This document shows positions 1-11,117 of a stretch of 64,000 bases of DNA, piece after piece. Under the pieces are notes generated by a model. It made no database searches. It saw nothing but the letters and a program-made list of their open reading frames with translations, and was not told the origin of the DNA. This DNA comes from Candidatus Sericytochromatia bacterium (GTDB lineage Bacteria; Cyanobacteriota; Sericytochromatia; S15B-MN24; UBA4093), in the NCBI GenBank assembly GCA_036676495.1, contig JAKFCT010000067.1:1-64000 (forward strand). The letters run 5' to 3'. The translations under genes were made by a program, and so were the position numbers. Every line of letters starts with the position of its first letter. Positions within the stretch are counted from its first letter, which is position 1.

Positions 1-223
1 GCCAGGACTGCTTGATCTGCTCCATGACGCGCATCACGAGGTCGAACACGCGGCCGAGCTGGGTGAGCTGCGCCTGGATCTGCTGAGCAGTGGCCGCATC
101 CGCACCCGCAAGCTGCTTGACCAGGTTGTCCATCTTGTCCATCAGCTTGCCCGCGACGTTCGTCGCGTTGACCATGCCGTTGTAGGCGTTAGTATTGACG
201 ACGTCTGCTCCACCCAGTGCCAT
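1..223 (-). CDS. Small alpha-helical protein, truncated by window edge (secretion needle/filament-subunit-like)
   Basis: ATG at 223 preceded by GAAGGAGG. Reads MALGGADVVNTNAYNGMVNATNVAGKLMDKMDNLVKQLAGADAATAQQIQAQLTQLGRVFDLVMRVMEQIKQSW and stays open to the edge. Not in the ORF track. Confidence 0.7.
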   Translation of the reverse strand, partial: MALGGADVVNTNAYNGMVNATNVAGKLMDKMDNLVKQLAGADAATAQQIQAQLTQLGRVFDLVMRVMEQIKQSW

Positions 224-516
224 GTTCAGCCTCCTTCAATATCGAGCCCCTGCTCAGGGATGCTACCAATCTCTCGCGGTTCCCACTCTTTCGGAAGCCG
301 AACCGCTCACAGTTTCTCTATACCCTCCGATCCCTCGCTTCCTGTCCCGGTTAATGAAGGTTTTACAAAGGCTTGACGCGTCTTTCGCGCAGGATCATCC
401 CCGCCTAACGGATCCGCCCCGAGCCAATGGCGCTTTAACAAAAAGCGAAGCGACATTCCGCCCGTGTTATCATTGGAAGGTCGTACGCCCTCTCTCTCAA
501 ACCGAGGTGCCATCTG

Positions 517-2217
517 ATGATCCCCCGCATGACCCTCCCGTCGGAGGCCCAGCGCCTGCTCGAGGACTACTTCCGGTCCTACTCCGAACGCCGCTACGCC
601 GATCACCTGGCATGCTACTCTCCCGACGCCCTGGTCACCGCCGGGGACCGGATCGCTCCGCGCGGCGCCATGACCGTCGCGGAGTACCAGAAGGCCCTCG
701 AAGAAGGCGACCTCAAGCCCTACCGTCTGCTGGCGATCGCACCCGAGGCCTACGCTCCCACCGCGGAGGACTGCGTGGCCGCCCTCCGGGTGAAAGATGC
801 CCTCGAGCGGGAATTCGACGTGCTCGCATGGTGCACCCGCGCCTCCGAATCCGAGCATCCTTCCGGCTGGACGATCGTGGGGCTGATCCCCCGGGAAGCC
901 GACTCCCTGCGCAGCTGGCCCGAGCTCCAGGCCCGCGTCTGGGGCGAGCTCGCCCAGCGCGACAACAAGCTGGCCTATCATCCGCTCGATCTCATGATCC
1001 GGCGCCTCTGGCCCCCGGAGCCCCCCAAGCTCGTCGCGCTCCCGGAGAGCCGCTTCACTTGCCAGGATCGCGGCGAGTGCTGCCATGTGGGACGCTGGGG
1101 AGTGGAGATTCCCGAGGAAGCCCATGAAGCACTCACCCGGGTGGAATGGAACGGCGTCATCACGGGGCTCGAAGGCAAGGAGCTCTTCCGCGAGCTGCCG
1201 CCTCGCGACGGCGAAGAGAAGCCCCGGATCAGCTTCGCGGTCAACGCCACCGACTCATGCGTCTTCCACCTGCCGGTCGAGGACGGCTCCCGCAAGATCT
1301 GCGGAGTCCACGCGACCCTGGGCCGCCCGGTCGTCCTGGTCTGCGAGACCTACCCGTTCACGTTCACGGAAACCCCGGATGGCGTCTGCGCCTACACCAG
1401 CTTCGTCTGCCGCAGCTCGGCCGCCAACCAGGGGCAACTCTTCTCCGAGCGCGCGGAGAACATCCTCACCCGCTTCCGCCGCCTGCAAGGCGCCGTCCCC
1501 CGGGTCGAGGATCGCGTGCCCTGGTCGCAGTGGTCCGACGCCATTCCCTGGACCGCTTACCGCCAGATCGAAGCCCGCCTGCTCGAGATCCTGGGCCGCG
1601 AGGACATTCCCCACTACAACCGCCTGGTCGACGCCTACCGCTTCATGGTGCTGCTCGAATCCAGCCGCGAGGTCGTGCAGGATGACGACGCATGGATCGC
1701 CAACGCTTGGGAGCGCCTCGCCTCCGCGCCTCCGCTGGAGATCGAGGAGCCCGTCGAGCCGCAGGACGAGATGGTCAAACTGCTGACCATCCTCATGCTC
1801 AGCAGCAAGGGCCATCTCGATCAGCTCTTCGACTACAAGGAATTCGAGGCGGACTACGCCAACCTGGTGGCCGCACCTCCCCAGTTGCAGCCCGATGCCG
1901 AAGGCTCGGATCTCCTCACCCGTTTCATCCGGCGCGTCCTCTTCCAGAAGCGCCACCTGGGCAAGCTCGGAGCCGTCTTCAACTTCCAGCTGGTCCTCCT
2001 GGCCTTCCGTGCGGTCAGCCTCTACGCGCGCTACCGCAAGTTCCGCAGGGGCGAAAGCCAGGTCGACACCGAGGACCTCTACACGGCCGTGCGCGCCCAC
2101 GACCAGGTCATGCTGCACACCTTCGCGGTGGCCGACGAGGGCTTCATCGAGCACCCCGAGAACTCCGCCCGCCTCCGGGACCTCTCCTCCGGAGCCAGCC
2201 TCCTGGGCCTCGGCTAA
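517..2217 (+). CDS. YkgJ/FliB-like cysteine-cluster protein with N-terminal NTF2/SnoaL-like region
   Basis: Cys motifs FTCQDRGECC, CVFH, CGVH, CETYPF and FVC follow the YkgJ/FliB pattern. Confidence 0.65.
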   Translation: MIPRMTLPSEAQRLLEDYFRSYSERRYADHLACYSPDALVTAGDRIAPRGAMTVAEYQKALEEGDLKPYRLLAIAPEAYAPTAEDCVAALRVKDALEREFDVLAWCTRASESEHPSGWTIVGLIPREADSLRSWPELQARVWGELAQRDNKLAYHPLDLMIRRLWPPEPPKLVALPESRFTCQDRGECCHVGRWGVEIPEEAHEALTRVEWNGVITGLEGKELFRELPPRDGEEKPRISFAVNATDSCVFHLPVEDGSRKICGVHATLGRPVVLVCETYPFTFTETPDGVCAYTSFVCRSSAANQGQLFSERAENILTRFRRLQGAVPRVEDRVPWSQWSDAIPWTAYRQIEARLLEILGREDIPHYNRLVDAYRFMVLLESSREVVQDDDAWIANAWERLASAPPLEIEEPVEPQDEMVKLLTILMLSSKGHLDQLFDYKEFEADYANLVAAPPQLQPDAEGSDLLTRFIRRVLFQKRHLGKLGAVFNFQLVLLAFRAVSLYARYRKFRRGESQVDTEDLYTAVRAHDQVMLHTFAVADEGFIEHPENSARLRDLSSGASLLGLG

Positions 2218-2219
2218 CC

Positions 2220-2267
2220 CCGCAAAAGCAGCGCCCCCGGTCCGATGGGACCGGGGGCGCTTTGCGG
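2220..2267. terminator. Bidirectional intrinsic terminator-like hairpin
   Basis: agcgcccccggtcc-gatg-ggaccgggggcgct lies between convergent genes. Confidence 0.7.
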
Positions 2268-2277
2268 TGAAAGGGGA

Positions 2278-3321
2278 TTACTTCTCGCCGATGAAGACGT
2301 TGTCGAGGAACGGGGCCGCCAGCGGGGTGGCTCCGCTGAAGAGCGTCGAGTAACCGAAGACGAAGCGGATCTTGAGGCCCTCGGACTTGAACTGGGCGAG
2401 GCTGACCTCGACGGCCTTCCAATCGCGGGTCTCCTCGGTCAGCTCGTAGACCTTCGTCCAGTTCCAGCCGTTGGTCGAGGCCTCGACCGCGAAGGTCGAC
2501 GACTTGAAGTAGCTCGAGGGGAAGAAGTTGCGGACGTCGAAGCGCAGGGTGGGGTTGGCGAAGCGGGAGGCGTTGATGGCCGACTTGAGGGTCATGGCGT
2601 AGGATCCGGGGTCAGCCACCTGGCCCTGCAGGCCACCGGGGGTCACGCCATAGGAGCCGGCCTTCGCGGCGGCAGCCGAGAGGCTCCAGTTGGAGGTGGG
2701 AGTCTCGACCGTGCTGTAAGCGCCCTTGGTGTAGGAGGCGATCCAGTTGTCGAGGCCGTAGAGGCTATCGAAACCATCCTGGAAGGACTGCGCCGGGGGC
2801 AGGCCAGGAGTGGTGGTCGGAAGCGGGGTCGGGGTAGGAGTGGGGAGGGGGGTCGGGCCGGACTCGACGATGGAGAGGTCAATCGAGATGCCGCCCGTCA
2901 GCTCGGGGGCGAGGGTGATCTGAACCGGGGCGTAGGTGATCTTGCCCGGCTCGATGGTCAGCGCCTGGCTCGAGGAACCGAGGCTCGCCTTGGACTCGTC
3001 GAGGGCCTCGACCTTGAGGTTCAGGAGGCCGGCAGGAAGCTCGGTGAAGGAAACGGTCTGGGTGGTGAAGGCCAGGGTCTGGGTCCGCGCGGGGAAGTTG
3101 GCTCCCTCCAGCGTGAACGCGATATGCTTGACCTGGGCGAGGGTCGCCTGGAGCTGGTAGGGGTTGCGGATCTGGATCTGGATCGCCCCGGTCTGCTCGG
3201 TCAGCGAGGTGCCGAAGGCCGATTTCGACGATAGGGGAGCGAGCTGGTAGTCCGCACCGCATCCGGCAGCCAGCATGGCTCCCATCAGCGCGAGTGCGAT
3301 TCCAAACTTCCGTCCTGCCAT
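2278..3321 (-). CDS. Lipoprotein with Pro/Thr linker and C-terminal beta-sandwich-like domain
   Basis: Lipobox LAAGC after a hydrophobic stretch; PTPLPTPTPTP linker; RBS GAGGAGGGAG before ATG 3321. Confidence 0.75.
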   Translation of the reverse strand: MAGRKFGIALALMGAMLAAGCGADYQLAPLSSKSAFGTSLTEQTGAIQIQIRNPYQLQATLAQVKHIAFTLEGANFPARTQTLAFTTQTVSFTELPAGLLNLKVEALDESKASLGSSSQALTIEPGKITYAPVQITLAPELTGGISIDLSIVESGPTPLPTPTPTPLPTTTPGLPPAQSFQDGFDSLYGLDNWIASYTKGAYSTVETPTSNWSLSAAAAKAGSYGVTPGGLQGQVADPGSYAMTLKSAINASRFANPTLRFDVRNFFPSSYFKSSTFAVEASTNGWNWTKVYELTEETRDWKAVEVSLAQFKSEGLKIRFVFGYSTLFSGATPLAAPFLDNVFIGEK

Positions 3322-3492
3322 GACTCCCTCCTCGTTTGCGAAAAGGCCCAAAACCTTCTAAGACGTTATCGGGACGCGGGCCCGCATGATTCTTATTGAG
3401 CCGTTAAGTTTGGGAGGTCACGCGGTTAAACATGCTCCGGCAGGCGCCGGGGAGTTCTGGTATCATCAAGGATTGATCGAAAGGACAGGACC

Positions 3493-4770
3493 ATGCAGGA
3501 ACTCCGAGACACCGCCATTCCCAAGGCGATCGCCGTGGGCGTTTCCACTCCCAAGAGCTCCAAGCGCGAAGTCGAGGAGCACCTCAGCGAGCTCGCCCAG
3601 CTGGCGGACACCGCCGGGATCCAGGTGATCCAGACCGTGATCCAGGATCGGCGCAACCCGGACCCCGCCACCTACATCGGCTCCGGCAAGGTCGAAGAAG
3701 TCCATCTCGCGGCCGTCGCCCAGGGGGCGGAGGTGATTCTGTTTGATGACGAGCTCTCTCCGGCCCAGCAGCGCAACCTCGAAAAGGAGATCGGCAAGCC
3801 GGTCACGGATCGGACGGGCCTGATCCTCGACATCTTCTCGCGCCATGCGCGCAGCCGGATGGCCAAGACCCAGGTGGAGCTGGCGCAGCTTCAGTACACC
3901 CTGCCGCGCCTGACCGGCATGTGGAGCCACTTCACCAAGCAGCGCGGCGGTGGCGTCAACATGAAGGGCGAAGGCGAAACCCAGCTCGAGATGGACAAGC
4001 GGATGATCAAGACCCGCATGGCCGAGCTGCGCCGCGAGCTGGCCGACATCGCCCAGCAGGCGGCCGTCCGCCGCAAGGGCCGGGAGGACGTCTTCAAGGT
4101 CTCGCTGGTCGGCTACACCAACGCCGGCAAGTCCACCCTCATGAACGCGCTGACCTCCGCGGGAGTGCTCGCGGAAAACAAGCTCTTCGCCACGCTCGAC
4201 ACCACCATGCGCCAGCTCGCGCTGCCCAACGGCATCGAGATCGTCCTTTCCGACACGGTCGGCTTCATCCGGAAGCTCCCCCACCAGCTGGTGGCCTCCT
4301 TCCGCTCCACCCTCGACGAGGTCGTGGACGCCGATCTGCTGCTGCACGTCGTGGACACGTCCCACGCCGAGTTCGAGGCCCAGATCGCGGCCACCGAAGG
4401 CGTGCTCGCGGAGCTGGGCATCGAGGGCAAGCCGACCCTCTTGGTCTTCAACAAGGTGGACGCGCTGCCCGAGCCGGGCCTGCGCGATCGCCTCCTGGCC
4501 ATGAACACCGACAAGGTCCTGGTCTCGGCCAAGTCCGGCGAAGGCATCGAGGCCCTGCTGGCGGCCATCCAGGCCCAGCAGGAACGGGCCTTCCAGGCCG
4601 TGACCCTCCTCCTTCCCCACACGGACGGCAAGGTCATGGCGCTCCTTCATCAAGTCGGCGCGGTGCTCGACACCCAGTACGAAGCCGAGGGCGTGATCGT
4701 CAAGGTCAAGATCACCCCGGCGGACCTGGCCCGAATCGAATCCTCTGCCCCCGGCGTCCAGCGGGTCTAG
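3493..4770 (+). CDS. hflX: GTPase HflX
   Basis: Motifs GSGKVEE, GETQLE, GYTNAGKST, LFATLD, DTVGFI and NKVD. Confidence 0.97.
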   Translation: MQELRDTAIPKAIAVGVSTPKSSKREVEEHLSELAQLADTAGIQVIQTVIQDRRNPDPATYIGSGKVEEVHLAAVAQGAEVILFDDELSPAQQRNLEKEIGKPVTDRTGLILDIFSRHARSRMAKTQVELAQLQYTLPRLTGMWSHFTKQRGGGVNMKGEGETQLEMDKRMIKTRMAELRRELADIAQQAAVRRKGREDVFKVSLVGYTNAGKSTLMNALTSAGVLAENKLFATLDTTMRQLALPNGIEIVLSDTVGFIRKLPHQLVASFRSTLDEVVDADLLLHVVDTSHAEFEAQIAATEGVLAELGIEGKPTLLVFNKVDALPEPGLRDRLLAMNTDKVLVSAKSGEGIEALLAAIQAQQERAFQAVTLLLPHTDGKVMALLHQVGAVLDTQYEAEGVIVKVKITPADLARIESSAPGVQRV

Positions 4771-4772
4771 CC

Positions 4773-5582
4773 GTGGAGATCGTCGCCCTTTCGGAAGCCT
4801 CGCTCGCAGAAGGCCTGGAAGCCTGTAACCCGGCCTTCCAGGCCTCGCGGGAGCCCATCGACTGGAGCCCCGCGATGCTCCAGCGCTGGATGACGCTCTG
4901 GGACATCCCCGCCGAGACCTCGATCTTGCTGCGCGTCGACGGCCGGCCCGCCGGCATCAGCCTGGGGGCGCTGAGGGGCGAGCGCGCCTGGATCACCACC
5001 TTCGGCATGCATCCCGACTTCCGGCGGCGCGGGCTGGGGAAGGTCCTGCTCGAGGCCCAGCTCGCGCGGCTGCGCGAGGCGGGGGCCCGAACGGTCCGGC
5101 TGGAGGTCCTGGCGGAAAACGTGGAAGCCCGCGGGCTCTACGAGGGCTGCGGGTTCCGCGTCCGGCGCGCCCTCTCTTCCTTCGAGGGGACGCTGCCCAT
5201 GGCCGCGCCACGCTCGGTCGACTTCGACTGGTCCCTGGCCCTCAATCCCCCCGCATGGCCCGAAGGGCGCGACGACGCCTGGCAGCGCGAGCCGGCCTCC
5301 AACCTCAACTTCTCCTGGGAAGCCGCCTGGTTCGGACAGGGAGCGGATTACGTCCTTTACCTGCCCATGCCCGGAGGCGTGCGGATCCTCGACCTTGCCG
5401 CCGCGCCGGGGCCCGGCTACCGGGAGCGCGTGCTGGAGCTTTGGGAAGAGCTCGCCGGCAGGTTCCCGGGCAGGCCCGTACGCCTGCTCAACGAGCCCGA
5501 CGACTCCGCGCTCTTCGAGGTGCTTCAGTCGCTGGGATGCATCGTCTCCGAGCGCTACGCCGAGATGGAGATCGCCCTCTAG
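4773..5582 (+). CDS. GNAT family N-acetyltransferase
   Basis: Acetyl-CoA motif HPDFRRRGLGK and N..A..LY..GF. GTG start immediately after hflX. Confidence 0.85.
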   Translation: MEIVALSEASLAEGLEACNPAFQASREPIDWSPAMLQRWMTLWDIPAETSILLRVDGRPAGISLGALRGERAWITTFGMHPDFRRRGLGKVLLEAQLARLREAGARTVRLEVLAENVEARGLYEGCGFRVRRALSSFEGTLPMAAPRSVDFDWSLALNPPAWPEGRDDAWQREPASNLNFSWEAAWFGQGADYVLYLPMPGGVRILDLAAAPGPGYRERVLELWEELAGRFPGRPVRLLNEPDDSALFEVLQSLGCIVSERYAEMEIAL

Positions 5583-5586
5583 CGGC

Positions 5587-8145
5587 CTAGGCGTTGGCGT
5601 TGGCTTTCGCCTTCTCCTGCACCAAGAGCACCCGCAGGGCGTTGATCTGATCCGAGATCGGGTCGACGCCCCGGATCTGCGCCCAGAGACCGCGAAGCTG
5701 CCGCAGCTGCTGGTCGCTGAGCTCGCTCGGCATGCTCGCGTAGAGCCTGGCGAGCGTCTGGTAGGCAGGGGTCTCCTTGACCTCGGACTCTGCCATGGTC
5801 AGGATCCCGGAGAGATCGTTGTAGAACTGCTGGGAGCCCGTCAGCCCCAGCGAGGTCTTGCTCTCGTCAATCGTGTAGTTGAGTCGCTGAAGTTCGGCCA
5901 CCAGGGCCCGGACGTCGTCGCGCTGGGCGGCGACGAGCTGCGCGAGCCGCCCTTCCAGCCGCTTCACTTCCCCCTGGTTCTTCTTCGCCTTCGCCTCGGT
6001 GATCTCCTTGTGGACCGAGGCGACTTCCTTCACCGACTCCTGGAACCTTCCCATGCGATCCCAGGCCCCCTGGAGGTCCCGGAGCTGGCGATCGGTGAGC
6101 TGGCTGGGCATGCTCGCGTAGAGCTGGTGCAGGGTCCGGTACTCCGGGATCTCCTTGACCACGTCCTCCACGCCCATGAGGACTCCGACGAGGTCGGCGT
6201 AGAAGCGCTGGGTCCCGGTGAGGCCGAGCGAGGTCTTGTTGGGGTCGACCTGATAGTTGAGGCCCTGCAGGCCCCGCACCATCGCCTGCAGCTCCGTGCG
6301 CTGGACGCCCGTCTGGGCGGCGATTTGCTGCTCGTAGAAGCGCACCGAGCCCTCGTCCTTGGCCGCACGGGCCACGTTGATCTGGACCCGGGCGTTGTTG
6401 ATGGCCTTCGCCGCGTCCGCGAAGGCCTTCATGCGGTCCTTGACGCCCGCGAGGTCCCGCAGCTGCTGATCCGTGAGCTGGTTCGGCATGCTCAGGTAGA
6501 GCTGATGGAAGAGCTTGTACTCGTCCATGGCCTTCACGTCGTCCTCGGCGGCCTGGAGCACTCCCACGACATCCGCGTAGAACTGCTGGGTGCCCGTCAG
6601 GCCGAGCGAGATCTTGTCGGGATCGACCGTGTAGTTGAGGCGCTTCAGGTCGGCCACCAATGCCCGGACCCCGCTACGCTGGGACTCGATCACCAGCTGG
6701 ATGCGGCTCTCGTACCATTCCACGTCCCGCTGGTTCTTGTTGGCCTTGGCGTCGTTGATCTGGCGGCGCAGCGTGGTGATGGCCTTCACCGTGTCCGGGA
6801 ACTTCTGGAGGCGATCGAAGACCGGAAAAAGATCCTGGAGCTGCTGATCGCTGAGCTGGTTCGGCATGCTCATGTAGAGCTCGTGAAGCTCCTTGAACTC
6901 CGGGATCTCCTTGACCACGTCCTCGACCCCCGTCAGGACGCCCACGATATCCGCGTAGAGGCGCTGCGCTCCCGTCAGACCGATCGAGGTCTTGTTCGGA
7001 TCGATCTGGTAATTGAGGCGTTGCAACTCGCCCACCATGCCGTTGACGGCCGTGCGCTGGGTGGCCGTGAGGCGCTCGATTTCCTGCTCGAGCCGCCGCA
7101 CTTCGCCGGAGTTGTTGTTGGCGCGCGCCTTGGAGATCTGGACACGGCGGTCGTTGATCTCCCGGACGGTCGAGTTGAATTCCTGAAGGCGGCTGGCGAC
7201 TCCTCCGAGCTCCCGAAGCTGCTGCTCGCTGAGATCGTTGGGCATGCTCGCGTAGAGCTGGTGCAGCGTCCGGTATTCCGGCGTGTCCTTCACGCCGTCC
7301 TCCGCGCCCGTGAAGACCCCCACCAGCTCCGCGAAGAACTGCTGGGCTCCGGTCAAGCCGAGAGAGGTCTTGCTCGGATCGATCGCGTAGCCGAGGCGCT
7401 GCAACTCGCCCGCCATGGCGCGAACCTCGTCGCGCTGGCCGCTGATGAGCAGCTCGAGCCGCCCCTCGAACCACTCCACGTCCCGCTGGTTCTTCTTCGC
7501 CTTCGCGTCGTTGATCTGGCTGCGCAGGGTGGTGGCAGCCTTCACCATCTCCTGGAAACCGATCATTTTCGCCCAGGCTCCATTGAGATCCTGAAGCTGC
7601 TGGTCGGTGAGCTGGCTGGGCATGCTCGTGTAGAGCTGGTGCAGCGTGCGGTACTCGGGGATCTCCTTGACCACGTCCTCCACGCCCATGAGGACGCCGA
7701 CGAGGTCGGCGTAGAAGCGCTGGGTCCCGGTGAGGCCCAGGGAGGTCTTGTTGGGATCGATCTTGAAGCCCATGCCGCTCAGGGCGGAGGCGATCGCCTC
7801 GAACTGCCCTTGTTGCACCTGGATCAGGCTCGCGATCCGGTTCTCGGTGCTGCCGCTGAGAGAGACGCTCGGCACGACCGGAGCCGGCGGGTCCACCCGC
7901 GGCGGGGTCGCGAGGTTGAAACGACGCGGAGCCTCCGCTCCCCCCGCTCGGGCCGCCGCATCGAGTGCGGCCTGCCCCTCGAGCCCTTGAGCCACATCAG
8001 CCGGGAGACCCGGGATGGCCGGGGCCGGCGCTTCGGCCGCCGGAGGGGCCACGGTGGAACCGAGATTCCAGTTGGTGGACCATTGGGGCGTCTGCGGAGC
8101 ATGAAGGGGAGCCGTCCCGTTGCGTGGTATGAGGGGTTGCGTCAT
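5587..8145 (-). CDS. Large helical tandem-repeat protein (6 x 126 aa)
   Basis: Recurring motif DPxKTSLGLTG...LHQLYxSMPxQLxDQQL; RBS AGGAGAGG; Pro/Ala-rich N-terminus. Confidence 0.85.
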   Translation of the reverse strand: MTQPLIPRNGTAPLHAPQTPQWSTNWNLGSTVAPPAAEAPAPAIPGLPADVAQGLEGQAALDAAARAGGAEAPRRFNLATPPRVDPPAPVVPSVSLSGSTENRIASLIQVQQGQFEAIASALSGMGFKIDPNKTSLGLTGTQRFYADLVGVLMGVEDVVKEIPEYRTLHQLYTSMPSQLTDQQLQDLNGAWAKMIGFQEMVKAATTLRSQINDAKAKKNQRDVEWFEGRLELLISGQRDEVRAMAGELQRLGYAIDPSKTSLGLTGAQQFFAELVGVFTGAEDGVKDTPEYRTLHQLYASMPNDLSEQQLRELGGVASRLQEFNSTVREINDRRVQISKARANNNSGEVRRLEQEIERLTATQRTAVNGMVGELQRLNYQIDPNKTSIGLTGAQRLYADIVGVLTGVEDVVKEIPEFKELHELYMSMPNQLSDQQLQDLFPVFDRLQKFPDTVKAITTLRRQINDAKANKNQRDVEWYESRIQLVIESQRSGVRALVADLKRLNYTVDPDKISLGLTGTQQFYADVVGVLQAAEDDVKAMDEYKLFHQLYLSMPNQLTDQQLRDLAGVKDRMKAFADAAKAINNARVQINVARAAKDEGSVRFYEQQIAAQTGVQRTELQAMVRGLQGLNYQVDPNKTSLGLTGTQRFYADLVGVLMGVEDVVKEIPEYRTLHQLYASMPSQLTDRQLRDLQGAWDRMGRFQESVKEVASVHKEITEAKAKKNQGEVKRLEGRLAQLVAAQRDDVRALVAELQRLNYTIDESKTSLGLTGSQQFYNDLSGILTMAESEVKETPAYQTLARLYASMPSELSDQQLRQLRGLWAQIRGVDPISDQINALRVLLVQEKAKANANA
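5680..7790 (-). repeat. Six coding tandem repeats with 378-bp period
   Basis: Anchor gag(g/a)tcttg occurs at 5852, 6230, 6608, 6986, 7364 and 7742, each exactly 378 bp apart. Confidence 0.9.
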
Positions 8146-8354
8146 CGGCCTCTCCTGGTATGAACTGGGGCTTCGATATCTTGTCGCCGGCGGGTCGGGA
8201 AACTCGCGGAAATTAACAGGGCCAAAACAAAGACTTCATCCGCGCTAATCATAGCTTAGCTAGGCTAAAAGAATCGAGGCATTGCTGGCGTTCATGCCCT
8301 CCGGGCTCGCCCCGGATCTCCCTCAATCGAAGACGCCAGGATGAGGAGGCTCCC

Positions 8355-8462
8355 GTGAAGGGATCGATCAACACGCCCGCCGATCGCGGGCTCTGCATGG
8401 TACTCGCCGTGCTTTTCGCGACGGCGCTCCAGGTTTCCCTCTTTCTGTTGGAGAGGCTCTAA
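8355..8462 (+). CDS. Putative 35-aa single-TM small protein
   Basis: GAGGAGG RBS then GTG; MKGSINTPADRGLCMVLAVLFATALQVSLFLLERL*. Confidence 0.5.
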   Translation: MKGSINTPADRGLCMVLAVLFATALQVSLFLLERL

Positions 8463-8529
8463 CCCAGGTATTCGCGAACGGATCATGCTGGCGACGCATT
8501 TGCGGCCAGGTCCATCCGCCGCCCCTTTT

Positions 8530-8566
8530 ACGAAGACAGCCGGGACGATGTCCCGGCTGTCTTCGT
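8530..8566. terminator. Hairpin downstream of ahcY
   Basis: acgaagacagccgggac-gat-gtcccggctgtcttcgt, with AAAA on the minus strand side (TTTT on plus at about 8526). Confidence 0.65.
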
Positions 8567-8596
8567 GATTGCGGATTCGAAGTCCGAGCGTTCGCG

Positions 8597-9904
<1,308 letters not shown>

Positions 9905-9971
9905 TGGGTTCTCCTTTGGCAGGCGGTACAAACGTCGGGAATCCTTGCATCATAACACGTTCTAGCCAGAA

Positions 9972-11117
9972 CTAAGACCGGGCTTTCTTGGCGATGAGGG
10001 CGGCGCCGACGAGCGCGCCGACGATGTTGGGCATCCAGGCCGCCGCCCAGGGGGACAGGTTGCCCGTCTGCCCCATGGCCATGCCCATGAACATGACGAT
10101 GTAGTAGACGAAGATGATCAGGATGCTCAGGCCCAGCCCGATGCTGGAGGAGCTGCGGTTGGGGCGCAGGCCCAGGGGCGCTCCCACCATCATGAAGATC
10201 ACGCTCGCGAACGGCACCGAGAGCTTCTGATGGAGTTGCACCTCGAGCTCGTTGATGGAGCCGCCCTGCTGGCCGGATTCCTTCAAGCGGGCGATGTGCT
10301 GGGAGAGCTCGCGGATGTTCATCTCGGTGGGCGTCCGATTCTCCTGACTGAGGGTCAAGAGCGATTCCTTGAGGGCGACGACCTGCTCCTTGAAGCGGAC
10401 GAAGAAGCGATACTCGCCCTTTTCTCCCGTCTGGTACATCTCGCCGTCGTAGAAGGTCCAGCCTCCCGGCTTCCACTGGGCGTGATTGGCGCGGATGATC
10501 CGGTCCAGCCGGTCCCCTTCGAACTCCTGGACCAGCACGCCGCGCATGGTCTGGCCGTCGAAGTTCCGCGCGTAGAAGAAGCGCTTGAGGCGGCCTTCCT
10601 CCAGCTCCTGGTAGAAGACGTTCTCGCGGGCCGTCGGCATCTTCCGCTGGTGCTGGGCCTCGTAGAGGATGTTCTTGGCGGCCCAGTCGGCATGAGGCAC
10701 GACGAATTCGTTGAGCGCGACGGTCGCGCCGCTGATCATCAAGCTGACCACCACCACCGGGGCCATGATGCGGAAGAGCGAGACGCCGCAGGCCTTGAGC
10801 GCGGTGATCTCCGACTCCCCGGAAAGCCGCCCGAAGGCGAGCAGGCTCGCCAACAGCATCGACATCGGGAAGGTGTAGAAGGCCATTTCAGGCAAGCGTA
10901 AAGCGAGCACCTCGAGCACGACGCTCAGCGGCAAGCCGAAGCGCACCATCATGGTGATCAGCTCGAAGAGGACCGAGGTAGCGGTCATGATCGCCGTGAA
11001 GGCTGCGACTCCGAAGATGAAGGGGCCGAGCAATTCCGAGATCAGGTAGCGGTCCATGATGGACAGGAGGCGGAAGCCTCTCGGGCGCGAAACTTCCTGG
11101 GGTTTGGCCGTGTTCAC
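9972..11117 (-). CDS. LptF/LptG family LPS export permease
   Basis: N-terminal [21 protein letters not shown], six-TM layout; directly downstream of lptB. Confidence 0.92.
   Translation of the reverse strand: MNTAKPQEVSRPRGFRLLSIMDRYLISELLGPFIFGVAAFTAIMTATSVLFELITMMVRFGLPLSVVLEVLALRLPEMAFYTFPMSMLLASLLAFGRLSGESEITALKACGVSLFRIMAPVVVVSLMISGATVALNEFVVPHADWAAKNILYEAQHQRKMPTARENVFYQELEEGRLKRFFYARNFDGQTMRGVLVQEFEGDRLDRIIRANHAQWKPGGWTFYDGEMYQTGEKGEYRFFVRFKEQVVALKESLLTLSQENRTPTEMNIRELSQHIARLKESGQQGGSINELEVQLHQKLSVPFASVIFMMVGAPLGLRPNRSSSSIGLGLSILIIFVYYIVMFMGMAMGQTGNLSPWAAAWMPNIVGALVGAALIAKKARS

Noticed and set aside
5680-7790. CRISPR-like periodicity
   Set aside because: The 378-bp in-frame repeats are coding. 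No short repeat-spacer array or cas gene was seen anywhere in the window.
5395-8163. 922-aa plus-strand ORF
   Set aside because: Antisense of the repeat protein, which has the RBS and coherent amphipathic composition.
9905-9971. SAH riboswitch upstream of ahcY
   Set aside because: The intergenic gap is short and lacks the consensus elements.
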